Below are positions 54,401 to 63,414 of a stretch of DNA of 64,000 nucleotides, piece by piece; the first letter of the stretch is position 1, and the number at the start of each line of letters is the position of its first letter. Location of the stretch: IMG/VR virus record IMGVR_UViG_3300032047_002388, positions 64,140-128,139 of that record; one strand, 5' to 3'. The translations under genes and the position numbers were made by a program. The notes under the pieces were generated by a model. The model did not search any database. It worked only from the letters and a program-made list of their open reading frames with translations, and was not told the origin of the DNA. Source of the stretch: a virus.

Positions 54401-54568
54401 CCTAAAAAGATAGAAAAACTAAAATTAGAGTTAGGTAGATTGAATTCTATTGGTGGGACTAAAAAAATAGTTCCAAATGAAGGTATAGTATTTCTATATA
54501 ATGGTAAAACATTCAAACTTACAGGCACATTTGCATCAGTAAACCAAATACTTGGTATTTTCTTCTAA
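51422..54568 (+). CDS. Multi-module protein: HxGH nucleotidyltransferase, KOW-like module, Zn ribbon, basic module and C-terminal ligase-like (KxDG) domain
   Basis: GRFQPMHKGH and ISGTETR; VKVGDTI..G; CPKC...CHNC; Arg/Lys-rich segment; GH(M)SHPFD...EKTDG...ARNKG...EGIVF...FKLTG. Confidence 0.75.
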   Translation: MNELSQYLVEQVLLEDENPIKKTVVVFVGRFQPMHKGHYGTYQHLVKKFGKNNVYIGTSDKVQLPKSPFNFKEKVKIATSMFGIPKSKIFKVKNPYKPTEILKKFDEKTTAFITVVGMKDKDRLKPDSGKYFQSYKGEPSVGYRDGGYVYAAPQSGGGISGTETRNGLSVGSDEQKQNFFKKRAYGKFNATIFKMITDKLNEDLEVKKEWIYDSLTEISSTTIGGGDVDDGPNIVYPSADLFKKMSIERAAQIGFDVVGDILGGEESIDKTDYRVYGDGPVGAVSFFPAGIIGTMTPNNQVDIYSRGAYSQWFKHATRAASLVGYELVRGLGINKDDAQKSGDDAKGAKELEKEFEQNLQENIVLPVKVGDTIMTGRFKNKKTVVKTIGKDEHGMPTINGRKVVTFRLMKEGFIAEIAGTEIDCPKCNHSWELESDDDEKYLCHNCGYDSQQQEYDFDAFDSWQEKNGMLDERGKLRPSQKLARKRAMAGKARQIARKRKRTMMRRKSFDKLKKIAYKQAYRQVYDEFHQDLFPGIKKSDLSIKQSKVIHKNVVRKKGRVMKRAKFKFLPALRAKEAEKFGQKEDSNPKAHPQGSKKISGRTTVMDMLDVISHKEFGPDFEKLSVSQKKKVIKIAKKHKFVTENKKMISEGGAYGHMSHPFDTDINLTFGQLKDIVNRALEGSLEFTREKTDGQALAISWRDGRLVAARNKGHLKNKGENALDIKGVSDKFQGRGGLSDAYNYAMKDLSTAIKSLSDKQRDKIFKQGACFMNLEVIYPTSVNVIPYGQALLVFHGTMEFNEEGVAIGENGEAARILAGMIKQVNKDVQDNYTIQGPPIVKLPKSQDLSKKRSKYSSQISKLQKEFGLKDTDGVANYHQAWWEQWVDKNSPSTLDNKTKMGLVKRWAFFDKKFRLDKKNITDEKTLEWAKKIDKDDQKKIGKKNLMKFEQIFLGLGAEVLEFTSSALTVNPDKAVRDMKKRIDKTIKDVKKSADPKKIEKLKLELGRLNSIGGTKKIVPNEGIVFLYNGKTFKLTGTFASVNQILGIFF

Positions 54569-54592
54569 ATTTTCGGTTTCTCTATTTTTATA

Positions 54593-54600
54593 TATTTATA
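54593..54600 (+). promoter_or_regulatory. Putative late promoter TATTTATA
   Basis: Recurrent motif upstream of ATG 54628. Confidence 0.7.
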
Positions 54601-54627
54601 TACAATAACATAACCTAATGTATAATA

Positions 54628-55290
54628 ATGGGTAAAGAATTTAAGAAAAAGTTTATGCACCCAACTCGTAGAAAGTTGGTGGATATGGTTCAGACAGGTA
54701 AGTATGATAAAAAAACTACTGTTGGATATACAAAAGCAAAAGAAACCCACAATGTAGGGGATAAGTGGGAAGATGAAACTCACAAATACGAAAAAAAGGA
54801 AGGATATACCATAAAAACTGGTAAGAATAGTGAAACCTTCCAAGCAATAAGAAAATATTTATCAAAACTTAATACTTGTAACAATAAAGAGTGTCCAAAT
54901 GTTGGAAACTACACTTCTAATCATCTAAAATCTATAAAACAGTTTGGTTACTGTATAGATTGTATGTCAAAACTAGAATTGGATTTAAAAGAACATGGAT
55001 TACTTGAATCATTTGCTGCATATCATATTTATACAAACAGAATTAAAGAGGGAAGGATGGTTATCGATAAAATTGAGGCCGATATCTCTGAATTAAAACA
55101 ACAATATGATGAAATCGATGATAAAGGGAAAGTAGTTAACTCATATGTGTTACCTAGACCCGTTGAAGAGATGAAACAAGAGATGAGAGATTTTGTTGCA
55201 AAAAGTAAAAAAGAAATTGAAGAAATTGTAGAGGCCAGGGAAGAGCATTTTACAAAATTAAAGGAGAAAAACTATGAGCATTATATTTAG
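54628..55290 (+). CDS. Hypothetical protein with Cys cluster (C-x4-C...CxxC)
   Basis: H.VGDKWED, CNNKEC and CIDC. Confidence 0.7.
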   Translation: MGKEFKKKFMHPTRRKLVDMVQTGKYDKKTTVGYTKAKETHNVGDKWEDETHKYEKKEGYTIKTGKNSETFQAIRKYLSKLNTCNNKECPNVGNYTSNHLKSIKQFGYCIDCMSKLELDLKEHGLLESFAAYHIYTNRIKEGRMVIDKIEADISELKQQYDEIDDKGKVVNSYVLPRPVEEMKQEMRDFVAKSKKEIEEIVEAREEHFTKLKEKNYEHYI

Positions 55291-55963
55291 TTTATTAATT
55301 AAAAGATGGAGAGAGATATTAATCCTTCTTTTAGTTGGTATTATACTATTTTTGCGAGGGTGTGGTTCGGATTACGGTGATAAAGAAATTGTAGAAATAG
55401 ATGGAGAGAAGTTTGAGTTGTTAGAACAAAAAACTGATACTGTATTTGTTGAAAAAGAAGTCAAAGTAACGAAGTACGTTCCAAAGTACATCACAAAAGA
55501 AGTAATCAAAGAAGTGGAAATACCAGTTGATATTGATTCACTTGCTGTTATCAAAGATTATTATGCAAAGTATGTGGTTAAAGATACATTAAATCTTACA
55601 TATGACTTTCCAGAGGTAGTTACCGATTCATTAGGTAATAAACCAAGTGGAGATTTAGGATTTGGTATTTTAACTGATGTGATTTCACAAAACGCAATAG
55701 AATCAAGAGAGATTGATTGGTTCTTCAAGATTCCAACAGTATATAACACAACAATTGTAAAAGAGTTACCAAAAAATGAATTTTATATTGGATTAGGTAC
55801 AGGTATAGACCAAACCAATGGTTTAAATAATCTTAGTGGTAATATTTTATTGAAAAACAAGAAACAAAACATCTATGGTTTAAATCTTGGGTTATCAAAT
55901 CAACTTGGTGAATATAAACCATTCATCGGTGGTTCTATATATTGGAAACTAGGAAAAAAATAA
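55274..55963 (+). CDS. Membrane-anchored protein, possible lysis/spanin-like
   Basis: N-terminal TM ending LRGC, DTVFVEK / DTL repeats and amphipathic C-terminal beta strands ending GGSIYWKL. Confidence 0.6.
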   Translation: MSIIFSLLIKRWREILILLLVGIILFLRGCGSDYGDKEIVEIDGEKFELLEQKTDTVFVEKEVKVTKYVPKYITKEVIKEVEIPVDIDSLAVIKDYYAKYVVKDTLNLTYDFPEVVTDSLGNKPSGDLGFGILTDVISQNAIESREIDWFFKIPTVYNTTIVKELPKNEFYIGLGTGIDQTNGLNNLSGNILLKNKKQNIYGLNLGLSNQLGEYKPFIGGSIYWKLGKK

Positions 55964-57559
55964 ATGAGTCAAAAAAAATCGCTAAAGGATATTATAAAAC
56001 TTGAGTATCAGAAATGTGCTCAAGACCCCATACACTTCATGAAGAAGTATTGTATGATACAACATCCTGTCCGCGGTAAAATTCCTTTTCATTTATTTCC
56101 ATTTCAAGAAAAAACACTTGATGGGTTTGCAGAAAACAGATATAATATTATTCTGAAATCAAGACAGACTGGTATATCAACTTTAACTGCAGGATTTGCA
56201 TTATGGAAGATGTTATTTAATCAAGATTTCAATGTATTAGTAATTGCAACCAAACAAGAAGTTGCTAAGAACCTTGTAACGAAGGTTCGTGTAATGAATG
56301 ATTTCTTACCTAACTGGTTGAAACAAACAACAGTAGAAGATAACAAATTATCTCTGAGATATTCAAATGGTTCTCAGATAAAGGCAACTTCATCAAGTGG
56401 AGATGCCGGTCGTTCTGAAGCATTATCACTTTTGGTGTTTGATGAGGCAGCGTTTATTGATAACATTGAAGATATTTGGATATCTGCACAATCAACACTA
56501 TCGACTGGTGGTAACGCGATTATTCTTTCTACTCCAAATGGTGTTGGAAACTTTTTTCACAAAACATGGGTAGAGGCAGAAGAAGAAGTTAATGGATTTA
56601 ACCCAATCAGATTACATTGGAGTGTACATCCAGAAAGAAACCAAGAGTGGAGGGATAAACAAGAAATATTACTAGGACCAAAAGGAGCAGCACAAGAATG
56701 TGATTGTGATTTCGTTTCTTCTGGTGATACTGTGATTGACCCTCAACTTTTAATGTTCTACAAAGAATCGTTTTGTCAAGAACCAGTTGAAAAGGGTGGA
56801 TTTGACGGAAACTTATGGAAATGGGAATATCCAAACTACAATAAAGGTTATATGGTAGTTGCCGATGTTGCTCGTGGTGATTCATCCGATTATTCTGCAT
56901 GTCATGTTATTGATATTGAAGAGGCATCTCAAGTAGCAGAATATAAAGGTAAATTAGATACAAAAGATTTTGGAAATTTCTTAGTTGGACTTGCTACCGA
57001 TTATAATAATGCATTACTAGTGATTGAGAATGCAAATATTGGATGGGCAGTTATACAACAAGTAATTGATAGAGGATATCAAAACTTATTCTACATGAGT
57101 AAGGATTTAAAATATGTAGATGTAGAAAATCAAATGACAAATAGATATCGTGCCGAGGAAAGAGGTATGGTTGCAGGATTTAGTACTACATCTAAAACAA
57201 GACCACTTATTATATCAAAGTTAGACGATTATTTCAGAGATAAATCTGTAACAGTTCGTTCTAGTAGATTAGTTGATGAATTATTCACTTTCATATGGAA
57301 TGGGAATAGAGCAGAAGCAATGAGAGGATATAATGATGATTTGGTTATGAGCTTTTCAATCGGATTATGGGTTAGAGATACCGCTTTGAGATTAAGACAA
57401 GAAGGTATTGATTTAACAAAAAAGGCCTTGGGTGGAATTGGAACAGCAACTCATGGTGCTGTTTATGGGGGTAGTTCTTTACCAGATGGTATGGAATCAA
57501 ACCCGTGGAAACAGAAAATTGGTGATTCAGAAGAAGATTTGACATGGTTAATTGGTTAA
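55964..57559 (+). CDS. terL: Terminase large subunit (T4 gp17-like)
   Basis: C..DP.HF...Y, L.PFQ, LKSRQTGIST, DEAAFI, STPNG..N.F, ADVARG...DYS and NDDLVM. Confidence 0.95.
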   Translation: MSQKKSLKDIIKLEYQKCAQDPIHFMKKYCMIQHPVRGKIPFHLFPFQEKTLDGFAENRYNIILKSRQTGISTLTAGFALWKMLFNQDFNVLVIATKQEVAKNLVTKVRVMNDFLPNWLKQTTVEDNKLSLRYSNGSQIKATSSSGDAGRSEALSLLVFDEAAFIDNIEDIWISAQSTLSTGGNAIILSTPNGVGNFFHKTWVEAEEEVNGFNPIRLHWSVHPERNQEWRDKQEILLGPKGAAQECDCDFVSSGDTVIDPQLLMFYKESFCQEPVEKGGFDGNLWKWEYPNYNKGYMVVADVARGDSSDYSACHVIDIEEASQVAEYKGKLDTKDFGNFLVGLATDYNNALLVIENANIGWAVIQQVIDRGYQNLFYMSKDLKYVDVENQMTNRYRAEERGMVAGFSTTSKTRPLIISKLDDYFRDKSVTVRSSRLVDELFTFIWNGNRAEAMRGYNDDLVMSFSIGLWVRDTALRLRQEGIDLTKKALGGIGTATHGAVYGGSSLPDGMESNPWKQKIGDSEEDLTWLIG

Positions 57560-57574
57560 TATATAAAAAGATTA

Positions 57575-57582
57575 TATTTATA
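57575..57582 (+). promoter_or_regulatory. Putative late promoter TATTTATA
   Basis: Recurrent motif followed by AAGGAG and ATG 57602. Confidence 0.7.
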
Positions 57583-57601
57583 AAGTAAGGAGTATAATAT
57601 T

Positions 57602-58009
57602 ATGGAAGATATAACAAAAGCACTTTATTCAAATTTCGTAAATACAATCAGAGAAACCGCTGATGAAATCGAAGAGTATGATTGTGAGAATGAACAAGAT
57701 GTAAAAGAGATTGTTGAGTTCTTAAAAGCATACAAACCAGAGGTCAACGAGGCTGAATATCAAGGTAGAAAAGTAAAATTGGGTAAACCAATGCAAGGTG
57801 ATGTTAAGAAGTTTAAAGTTTACGTTAAAAACCCACAAGGTAACGTAGTAAAAGTAAACTTCGGTCATGGAGGTAGTTCTGCAAAAGGAAAAACTATGAA
57901 AATTAGAAAATCTAATCCTAATGCAAGAAAAAACTTTAGAGCAAGACACAATTGTGATAATCCAGGACCAAGACACAAAGCTAGATACTGGTCTTGTAGA
58001 AAGTGGTAA
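57602..58009 (+). CDS. Head-associated hypothetical protein: acidic leader plus basic KVNFG...RARH.C...YWSC domain
   Basis: The acidic N-terminus ends at VNE, followed by a strongly basic domain. Confidence 0.7.
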   Translation: MEDITKALYSNFVNTIRETADEIEEYDCENEQDVKEIVEFLKAYKPEVNEAEYQGRKVKLGKPMQGDVKKFKVYVKNPQGNVVKVNFGHGGSSAKGKTMKIRKSNPNARKNFRARHNCDNPGPRHKARYWSCRKW

Positions 58010-58046
58010 AAATAAAATAAAGGTTATAATTTAAAATAGGAATAAA

Positions 58047-59798
58047 ATGGCAGATACTTCATTTTTTGGTAGGTTAACTCGACTGTTTTCAACACAGGCG
58101 ATTGTTCGTGTCGATAAAGATGGTAAAAGAAAGGTAGTTGATACTGATGATAGACAACGAACAAACCTTTCTTCACTAAGAGACAGATATACCAAACTAC
58201 AAAAGACACAATACGAAATGGCTGGCGGGGCTCAATCAATGGCCTACCAACAAGTTCGTAGAGAAATATTCAGAGATTATGATGCAATGGATAACGACCC
58301 AATAATGGCATCAGCTCTTGATATATTTGCAGATGAATCAACATTAAAGAATGAATTTGGAAATATATTAACTATTCGTTCCTCAAATGAGAACGTACAA
58401 GAAATACTTAACAACTTATTCTATGATATAATGAACGTAGAGTTCAATTTATGGCCATGGGTAAGAAATATGTGTAAGTATGGAGATTTTTTCTTAGGTT
58501 TAGAAATGGCTGAGGGTAAAGGTATCGTTAACGTAACACCTTACTCAGTATATAACACCGAAAGATTAGAAAGAACCGACCCTGAGAATCCTAATTACGT
58601 TAAATTCCATATAGAAGATGATATCAATGGAAAAGTTGATTATGAGAATTGGGAAATTGCACACTTTAGATTATTAGCAGATACCAATTGGTTACCATAT
58701 GGTAAATCAATGGTTGAAAATGCTAGAAGATTATGGAAACAATTATCTCTTATGGAAGATGCAATGTTGATTCACAGAATCATGAGAGCACCTGAGAAGA
58801 GAGTTTTCAAAATTGATATTGGTAACATTCCACCAAACGAAGTTGATAACTATATGCAAAGAATTATCAACAAGATGAAGAAAGTTCCTTTCTTAGATAG
58901 AAACACAGGTGAGTACAACTTAAAGTACAACATGCAAAACCTTACAGAAGATTTCTATCTACCAGTAAGGGGTGGAGATAGTGGAACTGCTATTGATAAC
59001 TTAAGTGGTTTAGAGTATTCATCTATTGATGATATCGATTATCTTAAAAATAAATTGTTTGCAGCTCTTAAGATTCCAAAAGCATATTTGGGATATGATG
59101 AAAATGTTAATGGTAAAGCAACACTTGCTGCTGAAGATGTAAGATTTGCAAGAACAATTGAAAGAATACAAAGAATTGTTGTATCTGAATTAAGTAAGAT
59201 TGCTATTGTTCATTTATATTCACAAGGTATCGAAGATTCAGAGATGACTAACTTCGAGTTGGCGTTAGTAAACCCATCTACAATTTACGAACAAGAAAAA
59301 GTAAATTTGTGGAGTGAGAAAATTAGATTGGCAACAGATATCAAAGATTTAAATATGTTATCTAAGGATTGGGTATATGAAAATATATTCAAAATGTCTG
59401 ACCAAGAGTTTGCTACACAAAAAACTAAAATTATAAATGATTTAAAAGATAGATTTAGACATCGTTCTATTGAAGATGAGGGTAATGACCCTGCTATGGA
59501 GGATGAACCAGAAGATGTAGAAGAATCATTAGAAAAAATAAAACAAGAAATTAAAGATAAAGGTGGTAGACCTAGAGAAGGGGGAACTTACAAAAAGGAT
59601 AAACATCCATATGGAAGAGACCCATTAGGTGATGACGACCGTACTAAAACCAACAAAAGACAAACCAGAGAGAGTAAGGTAAGAGTTTCTAATCAGAAAG
59701 CAAAGGAAATTGTAAATGGAGTTTCTTCAAAAAGAAAGTATTTAACTGAAAATGATATGTTAAATGAAGAAAATCTATTGGCTGATAGAGAAATTTAA
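58047..59798 (+). CDS. Portal protein (T4 gp20-like)
   Basis: YD.MD.DP....ALDI.ADE, QL.LMEDAMLI.RI.RAPE.RVF.IDIGN, EDFYLPVRGG, I..L.G, LKIPK and E..RF. Confidence 0.95.
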   Translation: MADTSFFGRLTRLFSTQAIVRVDKDGKRKVVDTDDRQRTNLSSLRDRYTKLQKTQYEMAGGAQSMAYQQVRREIFRDYDAMDNDPIMASALDIFADESTLKNEFGNILTIRSSNENVQEILNNLFYDIMNVEFNLWPWVRNMCKYGDFFLGLEMAEGKGIVNVTPYSVYNTERLERTDPENPNYVKFHIEDDINGKVDYENWEIAHFRLLADTNWLPYGKSMVENARRLWKQLSLMEDAMLIHRIMRAPEKRVFKIDIGNIPPNEVDNYMQRIINKMKKVPFLDRNTGEYNLKYNMQNLTEDFYLPVRGGDSGTAIDNLSGLEYSSIDDIDYLKNKLFAALKIPKAYLGYDENVNGKATLAAEDVRFARTIERIQRIVVSELSKIAIVHLYSQGIEDSEMTNFELALVNPSTIYEQEKVNLWSEKIRLATDIKDLNMLSKDWVYENIFKMSDQEFATQKTKIINDLKDRFRHRSIEDEGNDPAMEDEPEDVEESLEKIKQEIKDKGGRPREGGTYKKDKHPYGRDPLGDDDRTKTNKRQTRESKVRVSNQKAKEIVNGVSSKRKYLTENDMLNEENLLADREI

Positions 59799-59817
59799 GG
59801 TTAAATTAATATTTTTA

Positions 59818-59825
59818 TATTTATA
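59818..59825 (+). promoter_or_regulatory. Putative late promoter TATTTATA
   Basis: Recurrent motif upstream of ATG 59865. Confidence 0.7.
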
Positions 59826-59864
59826 TAAGAGTTTTAGTATGTATATCAAATTGTAGGACAAAAA

Positions 59865-60731
59865 ATGAAAAAAATAAAACATTCAAAATTTAAGAACACT
59901 GGTATTTTGTTTGAACTACTAGTTAGACAAATCACATTAGAGATTCTAAACGGAGGTGATGAGAAAGCTAAAAACATAATTAAAGAGTTCTTTAAGCAAG
60001 GTACAGAAATTTCTAAAGAGAAAAAGTTGTACGATTTACTACTAAAAGAAAAGTACAATTCAGAATCAAGAGCAGAAAAGTTCATTGATGTAGTACTAGA
60101 AGCACACTCTAAAATAGATACTCAAAAAATTCTAAAAGAAAAATATAATCTTATTAAAAAGATACAAGAATCATTTAATATAGATGAATTCTTAAACTCA
60201 CCTCTTACAAACTACAAAACTTATGCATCAATATACAAAATTTTTGAAGCTAAACAAGTAGAGCAATTTGATATTAAAGATAATTTGAACGCAAGATTCA
60301 CTTTAGTAGAACATATTATAAATGATTCTATCAAAAACAAACAAAAACTAGTTGAAGATAGAACAATTGAAATGTACAAAAAACAAGAGAAAGATATGAG
60401 AATGCTTTCTTATAGAATACTAATCGAATCTTTCAATAAAAAATACACAAAACTAGATTCTTCACAGAAATCATTGTTAAAAGAATATATTAACAATATT
60501 AACAATACTAGTAAGTTTAAAGAATATTTCAACTTAAGACTAAAAGAATTAGTTACTTCATTACACGAAGAATATACCAAAACTTCTGATAAAGTTACTA
60601 AAATTAAGTTAAAAGAAACTTTAAACCTTCTAAAAAGACAAAAAGTTAGAAAGAAAGTATCCGATTCACAAGTTTCAGCAATTATGATTGGATATGAATT
60701 AGTAAAGGAAATGAAGAATGTTAGAAAGTAA
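59865..60731 (+). CDS. Conserved hypothetical head-morphogenesis protein
   Basis: KIKHSKFKNTGILFELLVRQ; helical, located between portal and protease. Confidence 0.7.
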   Translation: MKKIKHSKFKNTGILFELLVRQITLEILNGGDEKAKNIIKEFFKQGTEISKEKKLYDLLLKEKYNSESRAEKFIDVVLEAHSKIDTQKILKEKYNLIKKIQESFNIDEFLNSPLTNYKTYASIYKIFEAKQVEQFDIKDNLNARFTLVEHIINDSIKNKQKLVEDRTIEMYKKQEKDMRMLSYRILIESFNKKYTKLDSSQKSLLKEYINNINNTSKFKEYFNLRLKELVTSLHEEYTKTSDKVTKIKLKETLNLLKRQKVRKKVSDSQVSAIMIGYELVKEMKNVRK

Positions 60732-61167
60732 GTATAAAGATTTTATTGCTGAACTTATAAAAGAAGTAGAAGAAGAGTTAGAAGAACAAACTACTACTGC
60801 TAATGTTGATGGGTATCAAACTCCTTATGCTTTTTCTGGTAAGGGAAAGAAAGATAGGAGAAAAAAGATTGCCCAACAAATGGGATATAAGATTGTAGGT
60901 GAAGCAAAAATTAAAACACCAGTTAATCGTTGGTTGGCATTGAAGAATGATGAAACTCGTTCTCCAAATCAAAAATTAGCTGTGGGTTTAAAAGAACTTA
61001 AATACCAATTGGCTGAAGTTGAAAAGTTCTTCAACTGGTATAATAAGATTAAAACGATGAATGAACTTGATAAAAATAATTATTGGAAGAGGACTCATCG
61101 TCATATTTATAATGTGAAGGAAAGATTAATTAATATAGCCAATAGTATAAAGGAGTTAGACCAATGA
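60718..61167 (+). CDS. Hypothetical head-associated protein
   Basis: 149 aa with a GYQTPYAF motif and [ILV]xE leader motifs. Confidence 0.7.
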   Translation: MLESKYKDFIAELIKEVEEELEEQTTTANVDGYQTPYAFSGKGKKDRRKKIAQQMGYKIVGEAKIKTPVNRWLALKNDETRSPNQKLAVGLKELKYQLAEVEKFFNWYNKIKTMNELDKNNYWKRTHRHIYNVKERLINIANSIKELDQ

Positions 61168-61436
61168 AAATAACAAAAAGTAGATTAAAAGAAATTATCG
61201 CAGATGTACTTAGAGAAGAATCTGAATATCAGACTTTCTTTAAGAAGGCACTAGAAAAAAGCGGTAAATCAATTCCATCCATGTCTGATGAAGAAAAGAA
61301 AGCGTTCTTCAACAAGATTCAGAAAGCATGGAAAGGTAAAGGAAAAAAGAATGAAGAATTAGCTTCATCTCAAATTGGTAAAGGTGATAACGCCAAACCA
61401 TCTAAAGATGCATCTGATTCATCTAAGATAAAGTAA
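61164..61436 (+). CDS. Small head-associated protein
   Basis: MKITKSRLKEII..VLREE leader, YQ.FFKKAL and KKAFFN.I...WK. Confidence 0.7.
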   Translation: MKITKSRLKEIIADVLREESEYQTFFKKALEKSGKSIPSMSDEEKKAFFNKIQKAWKGKGKKNEELASSQIGKGDNAKPSKDASDSSKIK

Positions 61437-61442
61437 AATAAT

Positions 61443-61631
61443 ATGACAAAGGAGAGATTGTTAGATATTATTAATGAGGAGGTTGATAACGTAAAATTTG
61501 GTATCAACCATTTTCTTATTAAAGAGGAAATCACTAACGAAGATGAAAAACAGATTCGTGAATTGATTAGACAAGAAGTATCTGCAATATTTTTTGATTT
61601 GTTTAAGAAAAGAAAAACTTGGGGAGCATAA
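61443..61631 (+). CDS. Small hypothetical protein
   Basis: 62 aa with RLLDIINEE leader and IRELIRQEV..IFFDLF. Confidence 0.65.
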   Translation: MTKERLLDIINEEVDNVKFGINHFLIKEEITNEDEKQIRELIRQEVSAIFFDLFKKRKTWGA

Positions 61632-62212
61632 TGGGACAATTACTAATAGAAACTAGATTATTTGAGGGAAGAGTTAACGAAGATTCCGAAGGAAGAACTA
61701 TCGTTAAGGGTGTTCTACAACGTGCAGAGGCTCCAAATCAAAACGAAAGAGTATATCCAAAGTCAATTCTAATGAGAGAAGCAAAAAAATATGAAACTCT
61801 TATTAAAGAAAGAAGAGCGTTGGGTGAATTAGACCATCCAGATTCTTCTGTAATAAACTTGAAGAATGTATCTCACAACGTTAGAGAAATTCATTGGGAA
61901 GGAAACGATTTAGTAGGTACAGTAGAAATCCTACCAACTCCTTCTGGTAATATATTAAAAGAATTATTAAAAGCAAATATTCTTCTAGGAATATCTTCAA
62001 GAGGTATGGGTTCAGTAGAACCTATCGGTAAAGGAAGAGTACAAGTAGGAGAAGATTTTGAATTACTTGGGTGGGATTTTGTATCCAATCCATCTACACA
62101 TGGTGCATTTATGACACCTGTTAACGAATCTAAACAAGTTATATCTGAGGTTTGTAATGAATATTGTAAAGCTCAAGATTTAATGAGAGAAATAATTACG
62201 GAGTTAAATTAA
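61631..62212 (+). CDS. Prohead core protease (T4 gp21-like)
   Basis: G.LQRA...NQN.RVYP, ALGELDHP, VSH, LPTPSG, GISSRG.GS and DFVSNPST..A. The start is taken as the TAATG-coupled ATG at 61631 (ORF track gives 61619). Confidence 0.93.
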   Translation: MGQLLIETRLFEGRVNEDSEGRTIVKGVLQRAEAPNQNERVYPKSILMREAKKYETLIKERRALGELDHPDSSVINLKNVSHNVREIHWEGNDLVGTVEILPTPSGNILKELLKANILLGISSRGMGSVEPIGKGRVQVGEDFELLGWDFVSNPSTHGAFMTPVNESKQVISEVCNEYCKAQDLMREIITELN

Positions 62213-63405
62213 TGATACAACTAGGACAAATAATAGGATTAAAACCAATTAACGAAGCAGAAGTATTTACTGCAACAAGTAAAGAAACTGGCACAACATC
62301 GGTATTTAAATCAAAAGCAGCAAGAGACGCAGCTATTAAGGCTGGAACTCATGAAAAAAGAAAAGGTGATAAAGATGGTGCCGTACAAGAACCTGGTAAA
62401 AAAGATACTCCTAAAGTAAACATATTTAAAAAAGATAAAGAAGAACCTAAGAGAGATTCTGCCACCGATGCACAGATAGATGATGTTCAAAATAATATTG
62501 GTGATTTAGATGGTGATGAAATAAGAGATTATGCAGAATCAGATATATTCCCATATCTTAAAGGAAAAGATTTGGAAATTGCAAAATCATTAGTAGGTGA
62601 TATTGAAGATTCTGGCTCAGATTTTGTTAGAAGTGCGGATGTAAGAAAAGATTTAAAAGATTTATTTGATAAGAAAATGACTTTAGATTCTCCAAAAGAA
62701 GAACCTAAAAAAGATGATAGTAATGATATTTCACAACCTAACTCAGTAGAAGGAACTGGTCAAGCAGACCCTAAGGTTAACAAACAAGTTCGTAAGATAG
62801 CTGATAAAATGGGAATCTCATCAAAAAAATTAGGTAAAGAAGAATACGAAAAGAAAATGGCACAAGCTGCGGTTGAAGCCTTAACTGATTCTAACTTTCA
62901 TACTGAGGCTAGATGGTTGGTTGCCGATTTAGAAGGTAAACCAGAATTGAGAGAAAGACCAAACTATCCTAAGTTTGATGACCCTGATTATGAAAAGAAG
63001 ATGGATGCAGTTAGAGAAAAATATGCATCTCAATACGCTGATGATGTTGATGATGACGCAAGAAACTTAGGTATCGAGGCATCACAGGCTGCTGGATGGG
63101 GTGGTGCTACTGCGATGGAGTCCATAGTATTTGATTTAAAAATGAGTGGTTCACATAAATTGGCAAATAAAATATTAAAATCTTTCAAAGATGCACAACA
63201 AAAACAAGAAGGAAGAATCTCAATAGGAGATATGATGGAAGATGTAATCAATGAAGGACCATCTACTGAAGAAAAAAGAATTGCAATGTTGGCTGTTAGA
63301 AAACAAGCTAAATACAGAAGTGTAAGTTTAGAACAGGCAATACAAGACCAAATCAATGCTCTCGAAGATTTAAAAAGAGATGCAAAGAGAGGTAAAATAA
63401 AATAA
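62212..63405 (+). CDS. Hypothetical charged internal-head-like protein
   Basis: 397 aa, Asp/Lys-rich, with PINE|A and VINE|G motifs. Confidence 0.65.
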   Translation: MIQLGQIIGLKPINEAEVFTATSKETGTTSVFKSKAARDAAIKAGTHEKRKGDKDGAVQEPGKKDTPKVNIFKKDKEEPKRDSATDAQIDDVQNNIGDLDGDEIRDYAESDIFPYLKGKDLEIAKSLVGDIEDSGSDFVRSADVRKDLKDLFDKKMTLDSPKEEPKKDDSNDISQPNSVEGTGQADPKVNKQVRKIADKMGISSKKLGKEEYEKKMAQAAVEALTDSNFHTEARWLVADLEGKPELRERPNYPKFDDPDYEKKMDAVREKYASQYADDVDDDARNLGIEASQAAGWGGATAMESIVFDLKMSGSHKLANKILKSFKDAQQKQEGRISIGDMMEDVINEGPSTEEKRIAMLAVRKQAKYRSVSLEQAIQDQINALEDLKRDAKRGKIK

Positions 63406-63414
63406 GGAGAGAAC

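Noticed and set aside
55964-59798. Inteins or group I introns in terminase or portal
   Set aside because: Lengths are normal and motif order is continuous, with no C...HN splice motifs or interruptions.
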